Below, piece after piece: positions 29,064 through 38,915 of a stretch of 64,000 nt of DNA (positions are counted from its first letter, which is position 1; the number at the start of each line of letters is the position of its first letter). The notes under the pieces were generated by a model. It was not told the DNA's origin and ran no database searches. It was given only the letters and a program-made list of their open reading frames with translations. Origin of the DNA: Promethearchaeota archaeon (GTDB lineage Archaea > Asgardarchaeota > Lokiarchaeia > Sigyniarchaeales > SOKP01); the NCBI GenBank assembly GCA_048937405.1, contig JBHLNF010000001.1, positions 288,001 to 352,000 of the forward strand, read 5' to 3'. The position numbers and the translations under genes were made by a program.

Positions 29064-31853
29064 ATGGAAATAATCGATAAAATACCAAAAAAGATGGGAG
29101 ATATTCTTCCAACTTTATTTGAAAATGGATTTATTGCATATTGTGGGGCAGGAATCTCAATTTCTCCGCCTACCTGTGCACCTAGTTGGTGGACTCTCGC
29201 TGAAGAAATTCTGTTTAATTTTTTTGAAAATGTACCTGATGAATGGGGTGTACCGAAAAAACTGATTATAAAAGATCCAAACTTCCAACCTGAAGCGTTA
29301 CTTGAGACTTGGGCTAATATTCATGGTGTGAATCTCTATAAAGTATTTCAGGTACTTGATGTCAATGTTCCAAACGCAAATCATCAACTTCTAGCAAAAT
29401 TAGCTAAAAATGGGCTTTTAAAAGCAGTTTTTACTACTAATTTTGATCGATATGTTGAAAGAGCTTTTCAGAGTGAGGGTGTTGAATTCGAATTATTAGT
29501 TGATAATAATGAATATGCTGAATTTTTCAAACAAGTAAAAGCAGAAGGATTGGGGAATAAAGTATTAATTTGTAAAATTCATGGAACAATTGAACGTCCT
29601 AATACAATTGTAGCTGTTGCTTCAGCTTATAAGAGTGCAGGTGGATTTTCTTTAGCAAAAGCAGAATTATATTTATGGTTGATTAAAAAATATCCCTGTC
29701 TATTCCTAGGATATTCCGGGTGGGATTTTGAACATATAAATTATAGAACATTTTGGGAAAAGACAGGTCCTGAACTGAAAAATATTTTTTGGAATGTTCG
29801 TCCAGGTGAGACTGGAGGTCCTGATTTTAATAGTATCTTTTCAACATGTAGAAATAAATTTAAATTTATTGAATCTGATTTACCTTTAGGATGGTTTAAT
29901 GCATTAAAACAGAATCCTCTACCTAATCTCAATCTTGAAAATTTAACACTACCAGATCCTAATAAAGCTTTTGATTTCGAAGAAGAGACAAAATTATCAA
30001 GAGATAAATTTCTTGATGAATGGGCTATTAAGCTTCCTGAATGGGATAGATTGACAACAGTTATAGTTGAAGGTTACAAACATTCTGAAAAGTTTAAGGA
30101 AACCTCAAAGAGAAGCCAAGATGCTAGTGCTAGTGTTGATTATGATAAAGAGAAAGATGATATAACTTTTAAAGAAAGAGAGAATCTAACAAAATTGTAC
30201 CAAGAACAAAAGATTTCTCAAGAGGAATATTATGAACAAATTGATAAATTAGATATGCAAAGGGCATTTAGGTCACTTCCAAATAATTGTAAACCTATTT
30301 TAACAAAATATATTGAAGAAAATAGATTTCCCGGAATAACTGATGATAGAACAAAAAGACAACAGTTTTTAGCATATGTTACAACCATGGCATATAGATT
30401 TGATCCAGAAGATGCTATAAAACATGCTGTAGATATCTCAAACAAAACTACTGAAATCCAACAAATGTATTCGACGCATACTACTCCTGAAGCACAAAGG
30501 ATACCTTATGCTGAAACAATGATGAATAATTTCAAATTAAGTGTATTACGTCCAGATGAAGAAGATTGGAAACCAGCATGGGATGAACTGAGCAAAGTTA
30601 AAGACAAATATATTAGAGGAGAGATATCACAAGCTGATTTTACTAAAGCTTATACAGAATTATCAACTAAAACCACATATGCTTCAATGGGAATGACTGT
30701 TCCAGTTGATGATTTATTTAATAGAGAAATTGAACTTGTTGCTAATGCTATTAATAAAGAGGATTTTAAAGCAGGTTGTAGTTCGCTATTTTGGGCTATG
30801 ACCTATGGAATGGGTTCTATTAAACAGAAGATTTACGAGACAAAAGAACATAATGCATTATTGAAAGCTTTAAATCCTTCAATGGCGGCAATGCCGGATC
30901 CTGCTGAAACACAAAAAAAAACAGAAGAATTTCAAAAAATTTCACAGGAATTAATGAAAAAAATGATGGCTGGAGAAATAAGTAATGAAGACTATACAAG
31001 TCAAATAACTGAATTATCTCGAAAATTATATGCCCCGCAACCTCAAACAGCCCAACAAATAGAGGATGGGCATGCAATAGTCCCTGAGAATATAATAAAT
31101 GATTATGTAAATATTTTTCGTGAGATGTTTGAACCTGTTTTTAAAAAACATAATGACCTGTTTGGAAATGAAATAACTGAATCATATATGTTAATTGAGA
31201 TGGGGCTTTTATCATTATTATTAATGAGACTTCAAAGTCTCGAAACTAGTTCTGGTGAAGAATATCAGGAACGTCAAAAAAAAGGACAATATGGATTAAT
31301 GAGAGGAAATCCTTCAATTTACAGATATTTAAGGAAGATGATTGATCCTTGGTTACAAAAGGCGCTAAATGAAATTACTGAGAGATATGGACAACGCCTC
31401 TGTTATAATCTAATAAAATTAGCAGAAATGGGATACAATCTTGATTTATGCAGAAAAGCTACAGAAACTAGTTTAGCATATACAAATGGAAAAATGACTG
31501 AGGCTACGCCTCAGGAAGGGCCTAGTTCTATAGCCACATTTTATGAAGATGCTGGAGATAAAGAAAATGCATTGAAATATTATAATCTTGCTCTTGAAGG
31601 AATAAAGCTTGCTTATCCACCTTATTGGCAATATGAATTAATCTATCGCACAGCTTTAATTCTTAATGAACAGAATAAAAAAGAAGAAGCCCTTAACATT
31701 ATTGGATTATATCATTCAGAATTTCATGGTCAAGAGCCTCCTTACAAATCATTAAGCAAAGCAAAAAAAATGTGTATAGAACTCGCAAATCAGCTATCAT
31801 CTGAATTAGGCTATTCTGATGTAAATAGTGCTATGGATTCTTTATTAGAATAA
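29064..31853 (+). CDS. SIR2-like domain protein with helical repeats and C-terminal TPRs
   Basis: CGAGIS, FTTNFD, KIHG, FLGYSG; C-terminal TPR-like AGDKENALKYYNLALE. Confidence 0.8.
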   Translation: MEIIDKIPKKMGDILPTLFENGFIAYCGAGISISPPTCAPSWWTLAEEILFNFFENVPDEWGVPKKLIIKDPNFQPEALLETWANIHGVNLYKVFQVLDVNVPNANHQLLAKLAKNGLLKAVFTTNFDRYVERAFQSEGVEFELLVDNNEYAEFFKQVKAEGLGNKVLICKIHGTIERPNTIVAVASAYKSAGGFSLAKAELYLWLIKKYPCLFLGYSGWDFEHINYRTFWEKTGPELKNIFWNVRPGETGGPDFNSIFSTCRNKFKFIESDLPLGWFNALKQNPLPNLNLENLTLPDPNKAFDFEEETKLSRDKFLDEWAIKLPEWDRLTTVIVEGYKHSEKFKETSKRSQDASASVDYDKEKDDITFKERENLTKLYQEQKISQEEYYEQIDKLDMQRAFRSLPNNCKPILTKYIEENRFPGITDDRTKRQQFLAYVTTMAYRFDPEDAIKHAVDISNKTTEIQQMYSTHTTPEAQRIPYAETMMNNFKLSVLRPDEEDWKPAWDELSKVKDKYIRGEISQADFTKAYTELSTKTTYASMGMTVPVDDLFNREIELVANAINKEDFKAGCSSLFWAMTYGMGSIKQKIYETKEHNALLKALNPSMAAMPDPAETQKKTEEFQKISQELMKKMMAGEISNEDYTSQITELSRKLYAPQPQTAQQIEDGHAIVPENIINDYVNIFREMFEPVFKKHNDLFGNEITESYMLIEMGLLSLLLMRLQSLETSSGEEYQERQKKGQYGLMRGNPSIYRYLRKMIDPWLQKALNEITERYGQRLCYNLIKLAEMGYNLDLCRKATETSLAYTNGKMTEATPQEGPSSIATFYEDAGDKENALKYYNLALEGIKLAYPPYWQYELIYRTALILNEQNKKEEALNIIGLYHSEFHGQEPPYKSLSKAKKMCIELANQLSSELGYSDVNSAMDSLLE

Positions 31854-31914
31854 ATATTCGTAAGATATTGAAATAAGAAAAATTTGAATTAAAAATTTGT
31901 ATTTTATTTTTTTT

Positions 31915-32445
31915 TTACTTGAGTCTTGCTTCCGAGAGGTGGAGATGATCTGTTTCTACTTCCACAAAAGCTTCAAAAATTTCCTTTACTCTAGCATTTT
32001 TAGAGTCAGCAGCAGCTTGGCTATAGAATTTTATAGCTCTATCTTCTCTTGAGTGAGATTCTTCTAGATTTGGTTTATATTCTGCTGCACATTTATCATA
32101 TTTAGGGAAATCAACTTTATCTAGTTTAAGTATTTTTTTCCAGACTGATGCATGTTCACCTTCAACTTTAGCTAGTATTTTAAAAATTTTTTGACCATCT
32201 AATTCTGGAGTCTTGTTACTTGCACATTTATAAAATATATTATTTGATACCTCAACTTCTAAAGCTTTTTCAACATTAGCTTTATCTGTTTCATTTAGCT
32301 CAACATCCCACGCTCCAGTATCATCATATTCTGTTGATTCAGTAAAATATTTTTTAAAAGCCCCGCAAAAAGGACATCGACTTGGAGCTTCTTCACCAAT
32401 ATATGCTTCTCCGCATATCTTACATACAAAAACTTTAACAAAAAT
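31915..32445 (-). CDS. Rubredoxin plus ferritin-like di-iron protein (reverse-rubrerythrin-like), 176 aa, absent from ORF track; probable ATT start
   Basis: Open frame VKVFVCKICGEAYIGEEAPSRCPFCGA...ALEVE...KVEGEHA...REDRAIKFY...EVETDH; GGTGA SD upstream of ATT. Confidence 0.85.
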   Translation of the reverse strand: MFVKVFVCKICGEAYIGEEAPSRCPFCGAFKKYFTESTEYDDTGAWDVELNETDKANVEKALEVEVSNNIFYKCASNKTPELDGQKIFKILAKVEGEHASVWKKILKLDKVDFPKYDKCAAEYKPNLEESHSREDRAIKFYSQAAADSKNARVKEIFEAFVEVETDHLHLSEARLK

Positions 32446-32667
32446 CTTTTTTCACCACGTTAATAATAAAATTTGTTTATTTAATAACATACAATTTAGT
32501 ATAAAACATTATATCTAAATTAAATTATTAGAAATTATTACAATTTTTATATTTTCAACTTAATTTTTAAAAATAGATTTCTTTTAAATACAATTATTAA
32601 AAAAAAATAGAATATAAACACAATTATAGATTCTTTAAATTTTTTAATAGTTCCAGTTTGATTATCA

Positions 32668-33756
32668 TTGCGTTGTCTAGGTATAGACCCTGGATCGAAG
32701 AGTTGGGATTTCTTCGGTTTAGGGGAAAATAAAATAATTTTGGATACATCTCTACCCACTAAAGAAATAATTAATGACCCTCAAAAAGTAATAACTATTA
32801 TAAAATCAGTAAAAGATATAGATTTAATGGTAGCTCCAAGTGGATTTGGGCTTCCCTTAAAAAATGTGAATGAATTAACAGAGCAAGATATATTTTTTAC
32901 ATTATTAAAATTTGATCAAAAGGAGAAGGATAAATTAGTGGGACTTGGAAAGGTTCTAAGGTTAATTAAAGCCCAAAATATTCCCGGAATTATTGTTCCC
33001 GGAGTTAAACACCTACCTACTGTTCCTAAATATCGAAAGATCAATAAAATTGATATGGGTACAGCTGATAAAATTTGCACTGCTGTTACTGGAATTAGAG
33101 ATCAAATGGAAAGATTTAATATTACCCCTGAAAATACCAATTTTATTTTGGTTGAAATAGGTTATGGATTTACGGCAGTTTTAGCAATTGAAAACGGACA
33201 AATTATAGATGGTGTTGGAGGTAGCAATATTATGGGTTTTAGAGCGTGCGGTAGTCTTGATGGAGAATTAGCCTATCTAATCAAAAATATTCATAAAAAG
33301 AATATATATAAAGGTGGGGTAGCATATATTTCTGGATATTCCGATTTGAGTTTGAAAGAGATTAGCCTTTTGGCAGAAAAAGATATGCAAACTAAACTTG
33401 CCATTAAAGCTTATTTATCAAGTGTGAAAAAAGCAGTTTTTGGAATATCTTCCTCATTTTCATCCAAAGAAAAGATTAAAGAAGTACTATTAGCTGGAAG
33501 AGGTTCAAACTTGCCATACTTTCGGGAAAAAATGATTCACAGTCTAAAAGACGTTGCTCCAGTAAGGCTTATGAATTCATTTAGTCAGATAGCAAAACGT
33601 GCTGCTCAAGGAGCAGCGTTTATTGCCAATGGAATTCTCGGTGGTAGATTCGAACCAATTATTAATAATTTAAAACTCAAAGAAGCTAATGGTTCAATTT
33701 TAGATGATATTTTTATTCCATTTGAAAGAGAAAAATTGATAAGTGATTTAGATTAG
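32668..33756 (+). CDS. DUF1464 family (acetate/butyrate kinase-like, ASKHA fold)
   Basis: GIDPGSKSWD, APSGFGLP, RKINKIDMGTADK, AAQGAAFIANG. Confidence 0.82.
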   Translation: MRCLGIDPGSKSWDFFGLGENKIILDTSLPTKEIINDPQKVITIIKSVKDIDLMVAPSGFGLPLKNVNELTEQDIFFTLLKFDQKEKDKLVGLGKVLRLIKAQNIPGIIVPGVKHLPTVPKYRKINKIDMGTADKICTAVTGIRDQMERFNITPENTNFILVEIGYGFTAVLAIENGQIIDGVGGSNIMGFRACGSLDGELAYLIKNIHKKNIYKGGVAYISGYSDLSLKEISLLAEKDMQTKLAIKAYLSSVKKAVFGISSSFSSKEKIKEVLLAGRGSNLPYFREKMIHSLKDVAPVRLMNSFSQIAKRAAQGAAFIANGILGGRFEPIINNLKLKEANGSILDDIFIPFEREKLISDLD

Positions 33757-35323
33757 GATTCTTATAATTACTGGTCTACAGAGCTATGATATAATTGAGA
33801 AGATTATTAAACCTATAAAAGAGCATAAAATAAACATTATAAAGGCACCAATATCAGTTTCTGCATTTCTCACAGAATCTATAACAAATGATATTTTAGA
33901 TAAGATAAATATTAATGAATATGATTTGGTATTATTACCTGGTTTTATCCAGTGGGATTCAACTAATTTAGAAGAAAAATATTCAATCATTATAAGAAAA
34001 GGACCTGAATTCGCCTCTGATTTACCTTTTATTTTAAAAAACTTAGAAAATTTCAATCTTTCTAATATACTGCCGGCAAATAGACTATTGGAGATTTCAG
34101 GAGAAAATCAATTTTCAGAGATCTTAAAGGAACAATTAGAATTAGCTAAAAATCAACTAGGTTATCACACATTTTATCTTAATAAGGAGAAATCTAATCT
34201 CATAATTGGTAAAAATTTACCTCCCCCTATTATTGCTGAAATTGTGAATTGTACTGAAAAAGAAAATGATAATATTCTAAAAAAAGTAAAACATTATATC
34301 AATTCTGGAGCGGATATTATTGATATTGGATGTGTATCTAATAAATCAAATCCAGAAAGAGTCAAAGAAATAATCAAATTAATCAAGTCTAAGTATAATG
34401 TGTTGTTAAGTATCGATTCGATGGTTCCTGAAGAAATCAATGCTGCTGTAGATGAAGATATTGACCTTATATTAAGCTTAGATCTCGGTAACTATAAAGA
34501 ATTATTAACTCTTCCTGAAGATATTCCCCTAGTTATACTTCCAACTAATGTTAAGAATGCATATTTTCCAAGAGATCCAGAATCTCGCGTCAAAAACCTA
34601 TTTAAATTAACAAAGGAATTAAAAAACAATGGTTTTAGGAAATTAATTGCTGATCCATTATTAGAAACTCCAATTAATCCGGGAATCACTAACTCTTTAC
34701 AAGCTTATTTCCTCTATAAGAAGAAAGCTATGGAGAATAAACATAAAGAATTTGAATTACCAATGTTTTTTGGAATTTCAAATGTAGTAGAACTGATGGA
34801 TATTGATTCTGTTGGTATTAATGGACTTTTAGCTAGTATTGCTATTGAATTGGATATGGGAATTCTTTTTACTGTTGAACATAGTACAAAATTAATGGGG
34901 GGAGTAAGAGAGTTGAAAGAAAGTGTAAAATTAAATTATATTGCCAAGCATAATAAAACGCCCCCAATAAACCAAGGTATCTCCATTTTCAAGGCTAAAG
35001 GAAAGATTAGCCAAGAAATACCTTTAATAAGTGAAGCTAATGTGATTTTAATAGATAAAACTTCAATAGATTATATCCCTGATAAAAATGGATATTTTAG
35101 AATTTATACGGATAATTATTCTAAAAGAATTATAGTCTATTTCTATTCTTATGAGGATAAATTACTCCAAACTCTTATAGGGGAAAATGCTGAAGCTATT
35201 AGTAAAAAGATAATTCAAAATGAACTGACTAAAGATATATATCATTTAAATTATTTAGGCAGAGAATTGAAAAAAGCAGAGCTATGTTTATTTTTTGGAA
35301 AACCTTATATTCAAGATGAATAA
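33752..35323 (+). CDS. Dihydropteroate synthase-like protein; ATT start overlapping the upstream TAG
   Basis: Upstream in-frame (M)RILIITG...ISVSAFLT matches the family N-terminus; GADIIDIG, SIDS, NVVELMDIDS, HLNYLGREL.KAE, YIQD. Confidence 0.85.
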   Translation: MRILIITGLQSYDIIEKIIKPIKEHKINIIKAPISVSAFLTESITNDILDKININEYDLVLLPGFIQWDSTNLEEKYSIIIRKGPEFASDLPFILKNLENFNLSNILPANRLLEISGENQFSEILKEQLELAKNQLGYHTFYLNKEKSNLIIGKNLPPPIIAEIVNCTEKENDNILKKVKHYINSGADIIDIGCVSNKSNPERVKEIIKLIKSKYNVLLSIDSMVPEEINAAVDEDIDLILSLDLGNYKELLTLPEDIPLVILPTNVKNAYFPRDPESRVKNLFKLTKELKNNGFRKLIADPLLETPINPGITNSLQAYFLYKKKAMENKHKEFELPMFFGISNVVELMDIDSVGINGLLASIAIELDMGILFTVEHSTKLMGGVRELKESVKLNYIAKHNKTPPINQGISIFKAKGKISQEIPLISEANVILIDKTSIDYIPDKNGYFRIYTDNYSKRIIVYFYSYEDKLLQTLIGENAEAISKKIIQNELTKDIYHLNYLGRELKKAELCLFFGKPYIQDE

Positions 35324-35337
35324 AAAAAAAGAATATT

Positions 35338-35637
35338 TTATAATATTTCAAAACAAACCTTTACATCTGCTCCTCCTTCTAAAAATGGAGCGAGTTTTGC
35401 TGTATTTTTTCTTAAATTTTCATTATGTATTTTCAATGCATTAGAATCAGCATATACTTCATAAAAAACAATTACATTTTCCTCTCCCTTTACAGTGTGA
35501 GGAATATATTGTAAACATCCTGGCTCTGACTCTTTAATTTTAGGGACAATCTCTTTTAAACCTTCTTTTACTTTTTCCATACTTCCTTCTTTCACACGTA
35601 AAGTTGCAATTAATGTTATTGGAATTATTATCACCAA
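35338..35637 (-). CDS. Antibiotic-biosynthesis/quinol monooxygenase (ABM) family protein
   Basis: IATLRVK.G...EPGCLQY...FYEVY.D..AL..H. Confidence 0.8.
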   Translation of the reverse strand: MVIIIPITLIATLRVKEGSMEKVKEGLKEIVPKIKESEPGCLQYIPHTVKGEENVIVFYEVYADSNALKIHNENLRKNTAKLAPFLEGGADVKVCFEIL

Positions 35638-35907
35638 TTCTTTCTTTATATTTTTAAAACTAATTTTAATAAAAATTTTATAAAAGAGTTAATTCCATAA
35701 AAACTTACATTGGTAAAAAATATTGCTTACTTACAAAATTTTATCTTATTAAGATAGTATTATTCTAATAATTAAATGAAAACCTCTTATTGCTTATTTT
35801 AGATATTATCATAGATTCATTATAAATTCTGGAGTAGAGATTTAAATAATTGTTTTACTTATATAGTATACGCTTATGAACTAAATAAACTCAAATGGTA
35901 TGATATT

Positions 35908-37773
35908 ATGATCCCAAAAAATATGGAGTTATTTCTTAATGAACATCTTCCCGAAGCTACTTTTAAAGCTCGTCTTAAAAAAGATAAAAACATTTGTTAT
36001 TTAGAATTTAACAATACAGACGTCCACCTTTTATCTCATTTAGGGATTATATGTGATAAATTAGGTCCTCACTTAGTATCATGTATATGGGATGAAAACT
36101 CACCACTTGAAATTGGTGGATATGTAGTAGTGGATTCTCTCGCGGGAGGTCGTCCTTCGATGGGAGGAATTAGGATGTTACCAAATATAACTCCAGCTGA
36201 TATTCATAATTTAGCACGAGGTATGACATTAAAAAACGCAGCTGCGAATCTTCCATATGGGGGAGGAAAAGCAGGTATTGTCGCAGAAAGAGAACTCTCT
36301 CCTGAAAACCATACTCAAATTGTTCGTGGATTCGCTCGTTTAATTCGACGATATACGGATATTTTCCTTCCTGGACCTGATGTTGGTACGAACGATGCCG
36401 ATATGAAAATCATTGCTATTGAAAATGGGTTAGATAATGCTCTCTCTAAACCTGCAGAAATGGGAGGAAATCGTATTGATGAACTTGGAGCTGCCGGAGG
36501 GGGTGTTATTATAGCTTTACAAACGTTGTTGGAAATTATGCCAAGATTAAGAATACTTAATCAATTCGCTAATTTAGAAATTCCAAATATAAGAGATCTT
36601 AAAATATTAATTCAAGGATTTGGTGCAGTAGGAGCTCATGCTGCTCGTATAATGAATGAAAGACTACCTCAAGCAAAAGTTATTGGTATTAGTGATTTGG
36701 AAGGCTATTTGTATAATGAATCTGGCTTACCTATTGGAGATTTGTTTGAATTATGGAAAGAAAATAAATTAGTAACTAATTTATATTTTAAAAATCAAAT
36801 AATATCAGAAGGATATAAACATCCAACTAAATTTTCTACAAATGCAGATAATTTACTTCTAGAAAATGCTTTTTGTTTAATTCCCGCTACTCCAGTATTT
36901 AATTATTTAAGTGTTAGAGATTCTGAAAATCCTTCGATGATTGTTGATCGAATGGGAAAATGGTCAGTGATTATTGAGGGTGCTAATACTTATTCTCCTG
37001 ACCCAAATAGAAAAGCTGCTAGAATACGAATGGAACAAATTGTATATCGAGAAAAAGGAGTTATGATCGCAAATGATTATTTAGTTAATTCAGGTGGAGT
37101 AATATTTGCAGCACAAGAAAATATTGTAGGAACTCCAGATAACTTACAAATTCCAGAAGAAATGCTTGGCAAACGTGAGGCTGTAGAAAAATGGTTAAAA
37201 GATCATGCTAAAGAATTTACTGAACTATCAAAGAAACGACTAATTGCTGGTCAAGAATATAGAGAGAAAGTAATCCGCAATAATATGATAGAATTAGTTG
37301 AACTGCTAACAACTCATCCAGATATGTTACCTTTCAATGCGGCTGAACAAATAAGTCTTCAACGTCTTACAGCAAAAGAAAGAGAACGAACAGCTAAAGA
37401 TATTATGATACCTATTCCGACTATTGATGTTAAAGACACCATTCAAGAAGCAGCATCATTAATTGTAAATAAAGGAAGTGATATTATTGCTGTTCTTTCG
37501 AATGGTAAACTAATAGGTGTTGTAACTGACTGGGATATTACTAAAGCAACAGCGGAGGGAAGCATTAATGCTACTCTAGACAAGATCATGACTAAAAATG
37601 TCATTACAGCACATCCAAATTTTACAATTGTAGATATAGTACGTGAATTAGAACAGTATAAAATCTCAGCAATACCCGTTGTAGAAGAAGGAATTGTATT
37701 AGGAAAAGTTAATTCAGATCTAATTGCCCAGAGATATGTTTTAGATTTACTCCAATCTCAAGAATCTAGATAA
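35908..37773 (+). CDS. Glu/Leu/Phe/Val dehydrogenase fused to a C-terminal CBS pair
   Basis: GGIR, MTLKNA, GGGKAG, PGPDVGT, QGFGAVG, EGAN, NSGGV; CBS repeats GVVTDWDI and AIPVV. Confidence 0.88.
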   Translation: MIPKNMELFLNEHLPEATFKARLKKDKNICYLEFNNTDVHLLSHLGIICDKLGPHLVSCIWDENSPLEIGGYVVVDSLAGGRPSMGGIRMLPNITPADIHNLARGMTLKNAAANLPYGGGKAGIVAERELSPENHTQIVRGFARLIRRYTDIFLPGPDVGTNDADMKIIAIENGLDNALSKPAEMGGNRIDELGAAGGGVIIALQTLLEIMPRLRILNQFANLEIPNIRDLKILIQGFGAVGAHAARIMNERLPQAKVIGISDLEGYLYNESGLPIGDLFELWKENKLVTNLYFKNQIISEGYKHPTKFSTNADNLLLENAFCLIPATPVFNYLSVRDSENPSMIVDRMGKWSVIIEGANTYSPDPNRKAARIRMEQIVYREKGVMIANDYLVNSGGVIFAAQENIVGTPDNLQIPEEMLGKREAVEKWLKDHAKEFTELSKKRLIAGQEYREKVIRNNMIELVELLTTHPDMLPFNAAEQISLQRLTAKERERTAKDIMIPIPTIDVKDTIQEAASLIVNKGSDIIAVLSNGKLIGVVTDWDITKATAEGSINATLDKIMTKNVITAHPNFTIVDIVRELEQYKISAIPVVEEGIVLGKVNSDLIAQRYVLDLLQSQESR

Positions 37774-37784
37774 AAATCGGAATT

Positions 37785-38915
37785 TTAATAATATTTTATA
37801 ATATTATATAAAGTGTCTCTTTGAGCAGGTTTTTTTCCAGCAGCTTTTACTATTTTTATTATTTCTTCAGGTGCTAAATATTCACCAAATTCAGCACCGG
37901 CGCTTTTTGAAATATTTTCTTCCATTAAAGTACCTGAAAAATCATTCACTCCGTAATTTAAAGAAACTTGAGCAAAATCAGGTCCTAATTTCACCCAACT
38001 ACATTGGACATTATCGATATAGTTATTTAAAAATAATCTGGAAACACAAAATAGTTTTAAATGATCCATTCCATAGGTAGGCTTTAAAGGAAATTTCTCA
38101 AGCTTTGAAAGTATTGGTCTCTCTTTTACAAATGGCAATGGAACAAATTCAGTAAAGCCATGAGTTTCATATTGAATTTCTCTTAAAATTTCTAAATGTC
38201 TAATTCTATCCGATAATTTCTCGATATGTCCATACATTATAGTTGAGGTCGTCGGAATACCTAATCTGTGAGTTGTGGTGATGATATCCTTCCATTGGTT
38301 AGTTTTTACTTTATTGGGACAAATTATTTTTCGTATATCATCAACCAATATCTCAGCAGCGGTACCTGGAATTGAATCTAAACCTGCATTTTTTAATTCT
38401 TTTAAAGTTTCTTCTATTGAATGTTCATATAGTTTAGACATGTAAAATACTTCTTGTGGTGAAAATGCGTGAATATGAATATTAGAGTCAATTTTTTTCA
38501 CAGTTTTAAGGATATTCAAATAATAATCAAAATTGAGTTCAGGATTTATACCCCCTTGAATACACACTTCACTACAACCAGCATTTTTTGCTTCAATAAC
38601 TTTTTCACCAATTTGATCAATAGAAAGTGTGAAAGCATTAGAATCATTTGCAGGTAAAGAAAAAGAACAGAATTTGCACCTTTGATAACAAATATTTGTG
38701 AAATTAATATTTCTATTTATCACAAAAGATACAACATCTTGCTTTTTTTCAAAACAGATCTGATTAGCTACGTATTGTAGGGATATAAATTCTTTTCCCT
38801 TTACTTTTAATAACTCTAATGCTTCTTCTGAGCTTAAATCTTCTGAATTTAAAGCTTTTTGTAAGATTCCTTTAATATTTGATTCAATATGTTCAAAATA
38901 TTGAGTACTAGTCAT
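37785..38915 (-). CDS. cofH: FO synthase subunit CofH
   Basis: NRNINFTNICYQRCKFC, PGTAAEIL, TIMYGH, QCSWVKLG, GTLMEENIS. Confidence 0.9.
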   Translation of the reverse strand: MTSTQYFEHIESNIKGILQKALNSEDLSSEEALELLKVKGKEFISLQYVANQICFEKKQDVVSFVINRNINFTNICYQRCKFCSFSLPANDSNAFTLSIDQIGEKVIEAKNAGCSEVCIQGGINPELNFDYYLNILKTVKKIDSNIHIHAFSPQEVFYMSKLYEHSIEETLKELKNAGLDSIPGTAAEILVDDIRKIICPNKVKTNQWKDIITTTHRLGIPTTSTIMYGHIEKLSDRIRHLEILREIQYETHGFTEFVPLPFVKERPILSKLEKFPLKPTYGMDHLKLFCVSRLFLNNYIDNVQCSWVKLGPDFAQVSLNYGVNDFSGTLMEENISKSAGAEFGEYLAPEEIIKIVKAAGKKPAQRDTLYNIIKYY

